Source: Camelus dromedarius
Lineage: Eukaryota
Assembly (NCBI RefSeq): GCF_036321535.1
Contig: NC_087447.1
Coordinates: 50,904,001-50,968,000 of the forward strand
Reading direction: 5' to 3'
Length of the DNA stretch: 64,000 nucleotides
This document shows positions 1 to 27,300 of the stretch, in pieces. The notes under the pieces were generated by a model. The model had not been told where the DNA came from. It did not search any database and saw nothing but the letters and a program-made list of their open reading frames with translations. Each line of letters begins with the position of its first letter. The stretch's first letter is position 1. A program made the position numbers and the translations under genes.

Positions 1-158
1 CCAGCACTCTCTTCCTGCCACACCTCAGGTTTGGCTTGTAGGGAGGTTGTGTTCTCTGAGCCTCAGTTTCCCCATCTGTAAGATGGACATCAGTATACCT
101 CACTCTAGCCACCTCCCTGGTGGTTATGAGGATCAGAAAGGGCAGGGCCCAGGAGTGA

Positions 159-16057
<15,899 letters not shown>

Positions 16058-17673
16058 ACAGTGGGAAGGTGGCGCTGGCTCCAGGCCTGCTCTCTAGGCA
16101 GCAGCTGGCTCCCAACCATCAGCCACCTCTGCACCGGGGGAAGACCTGTGCCGTCCAGGCAGACTGACCACTGACCACACCAATGTGACCTCTGACCCTT
16201 CTTCCAGCAAGGCGGCCTTGCCGGGATGCAGAGCTCCCCTCCGTCCACCCTGGAAGCATCTGGTGGGTTCCAGTCCTGGCTTGCTGAGACCTTCCCAGTT
16301 GTAAGAGCCTATGTTCCTTGGACGCCACTCTTATCTCAGACCAGCCCTACCATGTCATACTGTGAACAACCAAACCACCAAACCAAGAATACTCTGAAAC
16401 CTGAGTCCAGAAACCTTTGCGGTAGGTGAGGGGCACAGACCAACTTTATACACTACAGTGTGGGTGCTAAGCCCCCGTTCGAGTCTCCCCTGATCACCTC
16501 AGAGCATAAGCACGTGCTTCACTTTCTGGTCCTATAGCATCTTTGCTGGGGGAAGGGGAGGGGCAGGGAGTATGTGGAGGCAGGGCAGGGGCCTGTGTGG
16601 GAGTAGCCTATATACCTGTCTCCTTGGTCTGTGTGTGCAGGCTGGTCTGGGTTTGGGGGTTGAGGTGCCTGAGCCCGTGGTGTGCTAGAAAGCGGCTTCA
16701 GTAGGGACTGGCTGGGACTGGGGCAGGTCGGGGGGCAAATGCTGGACGTCAGCCTGGAAGGTGGAGACCTAAGTGTGGATGCACTGGAGAGCTAGAGGGG
16801 GAACTGTGTGACCAGGCGGGAACAACCAAGTTTGGACATGACCTGGGCAGGTCTAGGGGTGAGGGCTTCAGACAGGGAAGGTGTGATTTGGTGGGGGGGA
16901 CATCCTTCTGGGCTAAGGCTGGGATGAGTGCCTAGAGAAGTGATGGGAGAATCCCCCTGAGGTGGGCGTGTTTGTGATCTGCCCCCAAGGTTCCCTCGAC
17001 CTTCAGCAGAAATAGCCACGTCCCACTTGCCCTTCCACACTGAAGTGTCTGGGGTCACCTGCATCTAGGTGACAAAGCACTCCATGGGGACTGCTATTCC
17101 TATTTTCTCCAGATGCTGTGTGGGAGGGGAGGGGCCGGTTGTCGAAATGGAAGTCTCAAACCAGACAGCTCTGCTTTCTCGGGTGACGGGTTGTCTGAGG
17201 TAGCCCTGCCCCACCAGTGTTTACATTACTCCACAGTCAGCCCAGGATAAACTGGAGCCACACATCTGCCCCCACACATCGTCATACAGATGGAGATACT
17301 GAGGCCTGGAGGAGGAGTTTGAATAGGTAGAGGTCACATAGTAGAACTCAGTTCACTGCTTCTAACATTAGACTCCCAGACAGACGTTCTAAGCTCTAGT
17401 TTCCCTTCAAGGCCAAAGGCTACTGGGTGGTCATGGGATTATGCCCATCATCCCCCCTGGGGATTCAGCCAATGACAAGCTATCAGGAAGCACTGCACAC
17501 TGGAGGACAGAATGTGTGCGTTGGGTAAGATCTTTGCCCCTGACTCACTCATGCCCATGCCACCTCTCATTCTGACTCAGGATGGCATCACTTTGGCACT
17601 CATCCCCTAGTGAGTGACCACAGAGGGATCCAAAAAGTGTATCATTTACCTTCTGGGTTCCTGAGAGGTCTCC

Positions 17674-17679
17674 TTTATT
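17674..17679 (-). terminator. Candidate GDPD4 polyadenylation signal AATAAA
   Basis: TTTATT on + strand, about 0.5 kb downstream of the inferred GDPD4 stop. Confidence 0.5.
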
Positions 17680-18185
17680 TACATGCTGATGTTCACCACA
17701 GCCACTCCTGTAACGGGGAACATCATGAAGGGTAAGGATGAGACAAATCCCGTGACATGGGAGTGTAACCAGTTCCAACTCCAAGACCACGACTATTTTT
17801 CCTTTGCTGTTCCCCTTGAGATAAAAGGCTAGACCAGAAAGGTTTTCCTGAGAGCTTCCATGGCTCTTCTGCATGCCTTTCCTGACCACTTTCTACCATC
17901 AGGTCACCCTGGGGCACAAAGAGGAAAAAGGGGAGAAATTGTCTAATTCTTCTTGGAAGACAGCCCAAAGGGGGAAAGCAACATGCTGGATGTGGTTTAA
18001 AAAAAAAATCATAAAAGAGGATTATTGGGAGAATTCAAAAGTGGAAGGCTTTGGGGATTCTGTTTTGGGAAGGGGACCTTCATCGAGGGATCGTTAAATC
18101 ATTCGTCTCCAATGTAGGCCTCTCTTCTGGCTTCTGATGTGGGTGCTTGGGTGAGTTCAAAGGCCATCTTGGTGGACACTGGTTA

Positions 18186-18349
18186 TCAAGGCATCAGTGG
18201 TTGGGTAGTTTCCTGGACTGGCTCTGGATTGATGGACTGAGAGCCTGGGAGTTCCCCTACACTCTTGGTTAAAGTCTCAGGGCTTTCCATAACATTCAAA
18301 GCTGCTTCATTCTCTGTGTTTTCCTTTTGGAGGCTTACACTTGGAGTTT
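18186..18349 (-). CDS. GDPD4: GDPD4 probable last coding exon
   Basis: Strong acceptor tttttgtcttttctatcccacag|AAACTCC, phase 1; [54 protein letters not shown]. Confidence 0.65.
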
Positions 18350-21300
18350 CTGTGGGATAGAAAAGACAAAAACACAGATTGCGCCAGTGTCACTTCTCCA
18401 ATCTCTGTGGTCATCTGGTAAAATCTTAGTCATCTTTAAAATGTTAGCCCCTCACTTACCATCTCAGGGTCTTTCCCCCTATTCTCTCCCTAGCCAGGCT
18501 TTGGGCAGACTCTGCGATGGTCCTCCAATCCATCACAATGCTGGAATTTGAGTCTGTTGTGTGAGGTTCTAGCTCACCATGGAAGGCAGAGACTGACATT
18601 TACTTAAAGTTCATGCATTTCACAACCATTGCTTCCAAATCAGTTTGAACAGAAAAATGACTGTATCTTCCATTAGAATGGGAGCTTTTCAAGGACAGTG
18701 ACTTTGTCTTGCTTGCCTCCACATACACAGTGCTCAGGAGTGTCTTGCCAGCCAGAAATTGCTGTAAACACAGTAATTGCTCAAAAAATGTTTTTTTTAA
18801 AGATAGAAAAAAAAGATGGAGACTTTTTTCTAGTAATGGAGCTAGGAAATGGACTCTTCTCAGAGACAAACTAAAAACTGGGTAATATACAAAACCAACA
18901 AAACATCTTAAAATTATCTAAGAGTTTACAATATGGTGAGGAACTGTGAAGCTGAAATCTAGAAGAAAGTGCGAATCCAAAGAAATCCAGAATTCAATTA
19001 TTTTTGCCCCAAGTGTGACTTCACTCTTGAAGAAACAGTTCCACCCATGAGGTCCATTTTTTGTCAGCTTCACAGAAAGAAGGGGATTTTTATTGCACTT
19101 GAATTTGTAGGTCAATTCCATGACAGCCAGTATCTATAATATTAGGTTTTCTAATTCATGGATGTTGCTCCATTTACCTGGGTCTTCTTTCTCTCAGTAA
19201 TCTTTTGTAGTTTTTCAGTGACCAATCATCTATCTTCTTTGCAAGGGCACCGATATTTCCCTACAATTCCTGCTTAAGCTTTTATGCTGTTGTAAATGAT
19301 GGTATTTCAATTTAAGTTTCCAATTACTCATTGATAACATATAGACATACAATTGATTTTTTTGTTATTGACCTTATATCCTGAGGCACTGCTGAACTCC
19401 CTTACTAGTTCTAGTAGGTTTGTTGTCTGATTCCTTAGAATTTTTTAATGTAAATAATCTTTACTCCTCTTGCAATCACTCCTGCATATCAGGAATTTTG
19501 TTTCTTCCTTTATGTCTGTTACTTACTAAACTTGCTAGGATCTCCAGTACAATGCTGAATAGAAGTGGTGAGAGCAGGTATCCTTGCATTATTTCTGACT
19601 TTAGAGGGAAAATACTGTTTCACCATTAAAAATGATATTGGCTGGAGGTTTTCTGTAAATATCTTTCATCAGATTGAGGAAATTTCCTTCTATTCCTAGC
19701 TTACCCAGAGCTTTGATCATAAATAGGTGTTGATTTGTGTCAAATATGCTTTTTCTACTTTATAACCTCCCATATTAACAAAATACTGATTTTCAGTGAT
19801 ATATTCATTTTGCACTGCTGAGACAAACCTCAGTAGCTCATGATGTTTTATCTTTTATATATACTAATGGATTCAATCTGCTGATAATTTGTTCAGGATT
19901 TTTATGTCCAAGTTCACGAATGATACTGATCTGTACATTTTGTTCTTGCACTGTCTTTGTCAGATTTTTATGAGATTATTGCTGGCCTCAAAGAATCAGC
20001 TAGGAAATGTTCCTGAGTTGGTATAAAATTGGTATTTCTTAAGTATTTCATTAACCAGTGAAACTCTTTGGGCCTGGACTTTTTCTTTGTGGTGAGATTT
20101 TTGATACACAGATTTGATTTTGATATATAATGGGGTCATTACAAACTTCTATTTCTTCTCTCAGTTCTGATGTTGCATATTTCAAGGAATTTGTCTATTT
20201 CATCTAAAATGTCAAATTTAATGGCTTAAAAATGTTCATAATTTTCCTTTTTATGTCTAGGATCTGGAGTGATAGTCCCTCTTTCATTAATCATTTATCA
20301 TATTGGCAATCTCTCTTGCCCTCCTTCATCTTACTAAGAGTTTATCAATTGCAGTAATCTTTTCTAAGAATTAAGTTTTCACTTTTAAAATCTTCTCTTT
20401 TGTTTGTATCTTTTCTATCTCAATGTTCTGTCTTTTTCTAGATTGTTAAGGTAGAAAGTCAATATTAAACTAACCTTCCTTCTAACGGGTAAAGTTACAA
20501 ATTCCCCTCTAAGTCCTGCTTTAAGCTGTACCCCACCAATTTTGCTGTTGTATATGCATTATCCTTTAAAATATTTTCCAAATTCCCTCATAATCAATGA
20601 AATGTTTAGAACTACATTAATTTCCAGCATCTAGAGGATTATCTCAGAGTTTTATTAATGTTTGTTTCTAATTTAATGTCTTTCAGGGTCACAAAACTGA
20701 TTTTGGTCCTTTGAAATTTATTTATTGATGACATCTTTTACATATTCTCACTTTAGGCATCTCTAACTATTGTAGTTATTTTTACTACTTCTATTTTTAA
20801 ATTTTCAGGTGATTCATCTACTACCTTTATTATATATTTACATTTTCCAGTGAGAATTTTATGCTTGTATGTTTCTTTATTATCAATTAGTGCCATTTCC
20901 TTTCGGCTTAAAGAAGTCCCTTTAACATTTCTTGTAAAGCTCGTTTAGTAATGAACTCTTCTAGCTTTTGTTTATCCAGGAACCTCTGGATCTGTCCTTC
21001 AATACTGAATGGTAGGTAACCTTGCTGGCTAGAAAGTTCTTGGTTGGAAGTTTTTTCCTTTCAGCACCTTGAATTTATCATGCCTGTCCCTTTTGGCCTG
21101 TAAAGTTTCTGCTAAAAAATATCTTCTGATAGCCTTGTGGGGGTTTCCTTTGTATGTAACAAGCTGATTTTTGCTTGCTCCTTTTAGGATTCTCTCTTTA
21201 TCCTTAACTTACTATTTTAATTGTAATGTGTCTTAGTATGTGTCCTTTAGGGTTATTTGGAACTCTCCGGGCTTCCTGGATCTGGATGTCTGTGTTTCTC

Positions 21301-24300
21301 CTCAAATTAGGGAAGTTTTCAGCCACTATTTCTTCAATTTATTCTTTAGCCCTTTCTCTCTCTCTCTCCTTCTGGGATCCCTATAATGCCAGTGCTATTA
21401 CATTATGAGACCCTTGGAACAACATTGAGTGTATAGTCCCTTTTTAAAATTTTTTTCATTTGGCTGCTGAGTTCCAGTGTTTTGTCTTCCAGCTCACTGA
21501 TGTATTCTTCTACCTCATCCAGTCTGCTGTTGAACCCCTCTAATATATTTTTTCAGTTCATTTATAATTTGTTTGGTACTTTCTTATATTTTCTTTCTGT
21601 TGAAGTTCTGTGTTCATCTATTTTTCTCCTGAGTTCAGTAAGCATATTTATGACCATTACTTTTAACTCCTTATCAGGTAGATTGTGTATGTGTCACTTA
21701 GTTCTTTTTCTAAGGTTTGGTTTTGTTCTTTTGATTGGAGCATATTCCTGTCTCCTCTTTTTGCCAAATTCTCTGTGTCTACATATCAGGTAAATCAGCT
21801 ATCTTGTCCAGATTTGTTTTATGGCTTGTCACGTGGTCCATTTTGGGCAAATATGCAATGTACATTTGAAAATGTTCGTATTCTGCAGTTGTTATTTTAT
21901 GTCAATTAGGTCAAGTTGGCTGAAAGTGTTCAGACTTCTATATCCTGATTTCTCCCAGCTTTTGTTTAATGTGTTTTGAATCTTTATTAAGCATATAATT
22001 ATAATGCCTTCCTGATATAGTGACCGTTTCATCATTATGAAATCTGTTTCCAATAATACTGCATGGTTTAAAGTTTATTTTTTCAGATATTTCTTATGCT
22101 TGTTTGCATGGCATTATTTTCTCCTTTCACTTTTAATTTGTGTTTCTGTATTTTAAGTATATCTTTTGTAGACAGCACATGGTTGGGTCTTGTTTTTTCC
22201 TCTCCAGTCTTGACAGTCTCAACTTTTGTTTTGAGTATATGGTCCATTTACGTTTAATTAATAAAATGGTTGAATTTATGACTACCATGTTTCCACTTGT
22301 TTTCTAGTTGTTTTTTTGTTATTTTGTTACCTTTGTGCTCTTTTTTTTTTTTCTGAATCCATCTGCTTTCAAGAGATATTTCTTCAAAGCCAGCAGGAGA
22401 ATAAGATGTCACGTTGTGAGAAAGCCATAAGGATAGGATCTGAAGGCAGTCTCTAGGATCTCAGAGCAAAACTCCACCAAGAGTCAGTCGTTAAGAAAAC
22501 ACGGATGACTTCAGTCGTGCAATTGTATGGAACTACATTCAGCCAATAACCAGTGAGCTTGGAAAAGGACTCGAAAGTCTCAGACGAGACTGCAGCCCAG
22601 ACCAGCACCTTGAGTTTAGCATGATGAGACTACGCAGAGGACCCCTGGCCCAAATTGTGAGATGATACTCTCATATTGTTTTGAGCTGCTGGGTTTATGG
22701 TAAATTTTGCACAGAAATTAAATAGGCTAAAAATAAACAGTCTTGGTAACCTATGGAATAGTATGAAACTACCTAGCATCTATATAATTTGAATTCCAGA
22801 AAGAGGGTAGCAGCAGAAAAATATCTGGAAAATACAGACTGAACATTTATACTCTGATCTAAGAAGTTCAGCAACCCTAAGCAGACACACACACTCTCCC
22901 ATCTAGACTAAGGTAAGCCATAATCAAATTACTGAAAACTGGTAATAAAAAGAACAATGATTAAAAAAAGGAATATTTCTTTTTAGAAGACTTCATAAGA
23001 AACTTCTTAGAACATTCTAGAGCTTAGTGTTCAAGCCTCCAGTTTCCCCAACCTGCATGAATCTGGACTGTGGTCTTGGCTCCTTCCAGTCTTCCTTGTT
23101 CCTTCCCTGATTCTAAAGTTGGTCCCACCTCTTCCTGGAGGTACTCAAATGGTCTTTCTATACATTTACTTAGATCAGGCAAAACTCGTTTATGTAAGTG
23201 GGCAACTGAAACCTCTTAAAAACAGGAAAGACTCTAAATTTGTTTTCTTCTCATCTTCTTATCATCATTTCAAGATGGTGGGAAGCTGTTAAGTAAAGTA
23301 AACTGAGTACTTTTTGCAAGGTATTATAGCTACTTCCTTCGACCAAATTTAAACAGCACTTGGAGCTTTAAAACTTTAAAACTTTTCTTCCATCCGTGCT
23401 TTCCTCACCATTTCCATATTCTTTTCTATTAGGGTCTGAACTGTGTGCTGCACCAATTCATATGTTGAAGCCCTAACCACCTCAATATCCGACTAATTTA
23501 GGAGGTAAGGCCTTTAAAGACATGATTAAAATGAGGCAATTCTGGTGAGTCCTGATCCAATCTGAGCAAAGAGAATTTTGACAGAGGACACGGGGGGGGG
23601 GGGGGGGGGGGGCGGTGCACAGAAGAGAGGCTGTGTGAGGACCCAGCAACAAAGTGACTATCTGGAAGCCAAGGAGAGAGGCCTCAGAAGAAACCAAAGC
23701 TGCTGACACATTGACCTTGGGACCTCTAGCCTCCAGAACTGTGAGAAACAGAGTCCGTGGTATTTTGTTACGGCAGCCTTAGCTTACTAATATCACTACT
23801 GCAAATCATTAAGGGCGGTGGAACAAGGCTTCAGACCTCTTCCATCCAGGGGAGAGACCTTCTTAAAATCCATGTAACTCAGAGCTACTTGAGATCTCTA
23901 TACCTTAAGAATCTTGGGTAAGCTTAGTTTAAACCTTCGGTTTTATAGTATGAAAGACCACTGCTCTTCACACTTCTGATTTTCATGGTCCCTATGGATC
24001 CATTCCTGCAACTAAGTACTGTATGAGTTTAACCCTCCACCAGCTGGTACAGGGTATCTCATGATCTTTACCACTGTCCACAAGAAATTAAATTCATTCA
24101 TGATTCCAACTTTACTTGAGGCTCCAAGAGCTACGGGAGGAAACTGTATCATGTACTGCACAGTCCTCTGCCTCCTAAGTGGTTTTCCCTTTGACACTGT
24201 ACTGGGTGCTCAAACCAGAAACTCACTGTGTGATTATCCCCACAACCTCCTGAAAAATAAGCTCTGGCTTAGCCTCCCTTACTGGGCCCATCTCAATTCC

Positions 24301-27300
24301 TCAGCTCCTGAGTTATTCTAGTAAGTTATTCTTCAATTCCATCCTTTTACACAGTTGTCTAAGCATACTGCTCCCTTATTTGAAACTCATTTGCATCTCC
24401 TGGTTGCTTACATGCAGAGCCTAGGCTCTAGTCCAGCAGTCCAGGACCTGTGCAGTTCCCTCCCTCCACCTTCCAGCACACATCACCCACAACAGAAGCC
24501 CAGTAAGGCACATTCAGCCCTGCTGGGCATGGCAGCTTCTCTGTCCTGGACCTCGGGGCCTGGATCAACAGTCAGCTGCTATTCCTCTGCCTGCTTCCTC
24601 ACTGCTCTCTGTGCACCAGCCCTCTTTTCTCTGGGGCCACCCTCCATAGACAGCTTTCTGTTATTAAGTCTCTCTCAGAGTGCCTGGCACAAAGTGGTGC
24701 TCAGTAACTGTGTGATGAATGAATGTATCAACAAGTCAACAAATAACCAAGCTCGAAACCTTCCAAGGAGTCTCACTGCTTTAGAGGAAAAAGTCTAAAA
24801 CGAAGCCTCTACTCAGCCATAAAAAAAAGAATAAACTAAGTCATTTGCAGCAAGATGGATGGACCTGGAGATTGTCAAACTAAGTAAGCCAGCAAGAGAA
24901 AGAAAAATACCGTATTACTTAAGAGGAATCTTAAGTTCATTTGTGTCTCTTTTTTTTTTTTTTACAAAGCAGAAATAGCCTCACAGGCACAAAAAATGAA
25001 CTTATGGTTACCAGACAGGAAAGGGAGAGAGGGATAAATTAGGAATCTGGGATTAAGAGATACAAACTACTACATATAAAATAGATAAACAATAAAGTCC
25101 TACTGTACAGCACAGGGAACTATATTCAATATCTTATAATAACCTATAATGAAAAAGAATATGAAAAGGAATATATATGTGTACAGATACAACTGAATCA
25201 CTATACTGTACACCAGAAATTAACACAATACTGCAAACTCACTATACTTCAATAAAAAATGACATCCTTTGGAAAAAAAAAACAAATATAAAAAAACCCA
25301 AAGTGAAGTCTGATGTCAAAGGGCTCCCCCCAGAGTCTGTGCCCAGCTTATTTGTCCCATCTTTTCCTGGTCCCCATCTCCTGACTTCAAACTCCTTTTG
25401 CTCTTGTCAGAAACTTTCGTTAAAGGCAGGCCCTGTATCCTGGAAGCAACAGGTGGGGATGAAGAGATGGGGGTGGGACAGGCCTCTGACTTACCTGTGT
25501 AACTGCTGATACCTTTGAGGATTTTTTCACTTTGGCTCTCTCTCCACCTGAAAAGAAGCACACTATCCATGAGCCTAATAGACCTCTTCCAAAAAAAAAA
25601 AGGCAATAATTCAGCCAATGGCTAGAAAAGAACATTACCCAAATTCTCCCTTAAGTATCGGGGGTTGTACTTTCCCCCTTTAAAGGATAAGTCAAATCAA
25701 GAAATGATGGGCAGAATGAGGTCTAAACAACCATGGTCTCTTCTAGCTAAAATTCTTCACCAGATGTTCCCTCTCCCACCTTGCAATTTTGTAGCATTTG
25801 CCTTCAAGAATTCCCAACTGTCATTTTCATGGACAGATTTAAAAAAAAAACAAAAAACGTGGACTAGAAAGAGGCAGTGACTTTCCCAGGGTCATCCAGC
25901 AATCAAGGGCAAAGCCAGGACTAAAACCCAGGTTTCCTGGTTTGTGAACTTGTTCTTTACACAGAACCCTGCTATGTGGAAGGCAGAAGATGGAGGCACT
26001 TGTTCTGAACAACCTTCAACCCCTGCCCTCCCCTAACTGATCCACAGAAATCTGTAGTAACAGACTTCGATCATACCTTAGTGAGAATCCTTCTCCTCTG
26101 AATATGATCTCAGATTGAGTGGGTAGAAGGGGTGAGGAGCTGCAGGCAGCATGAGAAGAAATGAGAGATTCAGATGATAAAACCCTGTCTCCTTGAGGAT
26201 TTGCCATGTGGGATTACAGGGAGAATGGAACTGTTTTTTCTCTAATCTCTGTTAAGAACCATTTACATTTTTATTTTAGGAAAAATTATTTAAAATTACA
26301 AATATATGCTTACCAATGAAAATAAAATACAGCAAAAATGAAAATTGCAGAAACAACATCCATAAGAATCCACATGAGCATATAGAAACTTGGTGTCTGC
26401 AGAACGGAAAACAAACCATAGTTATAGGACTTTAGAGCTGGAAGGGATTCTAGGTCATGTGGGCCAAGTCCCTTGCTTGGCTGCCAGGGATGGAGCAGGG
26501 GCAGATCAGGCAGAGGAACCTTGATTGGTGGGGTTGGTCTCACACACAGAGAACACCTGCCGCTGTCCCATCACCCCTTACCTGTGCAGAGGGCTCTACA
26601 AGGGATCAGACACTTCACACCCTTCATCTCCCTGGACCCTCAAGACAGATCTCTGGGCGGGAGTCCCAGAGATGTCACATAGCAAGTCTATTCTGGACAG
26701 GACTACAGCCCATTTCCTGACTTCCCGTGCTCTGTTTTCATCGATGGCTTCCCAAACCTGGCTGTGCATCCAGATCCACCTGAGCAGCTTTCAGTAATGC
26801 AGGCTCCTGGGTCTCACTACAAACTCTGGAATTAGAATTTCTGCATTTTTAACAAGCTCCCCAGGAATGAGCAACTCAGCTGTGAACCAGCATTTAGGAA
26901 TCACAGTCCTAGATCATCATGCTTCAAATAAGTATGTTGAAATTACAATTCTTAACTAACAGGCCCACTTCTCCAGGCTCCTTGCCTGAATCACCCATTT
27001 CACAGAGCTCCCTCTTCTAGGTTCTCTCGTATGACTTCCATATGTCCTGGTCTGATCCTTCTTTCTACCTTCATTGTTCCCCCTCCAATACTGCTTGATG
27101 GTCCAGGTCTGGCATTTTCATTCTTCTTATCCACCCGATCCCAGGGTCTTTCTTTAGACTGATTAATAATGATAACAGCAGCAGCAACACTACTGACAAT
27201 CAGGATAATGATGATAACAACAACTAACATCAGTGAGCACTACAGGAGCTAAGGCAGTGTTCCAAGCACTTTATGGGTATTTTCACAGCCAATCCTCACT

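Noticed and set aside
18460..18568. Possible extra GDPD4 exon ending at a perfect minus-strand GTAAGT donor (18459)
   Set aside because: Candidate acceptors are weak and each one I tried gives a stop within the exon or right at the junction with the 18349 exon
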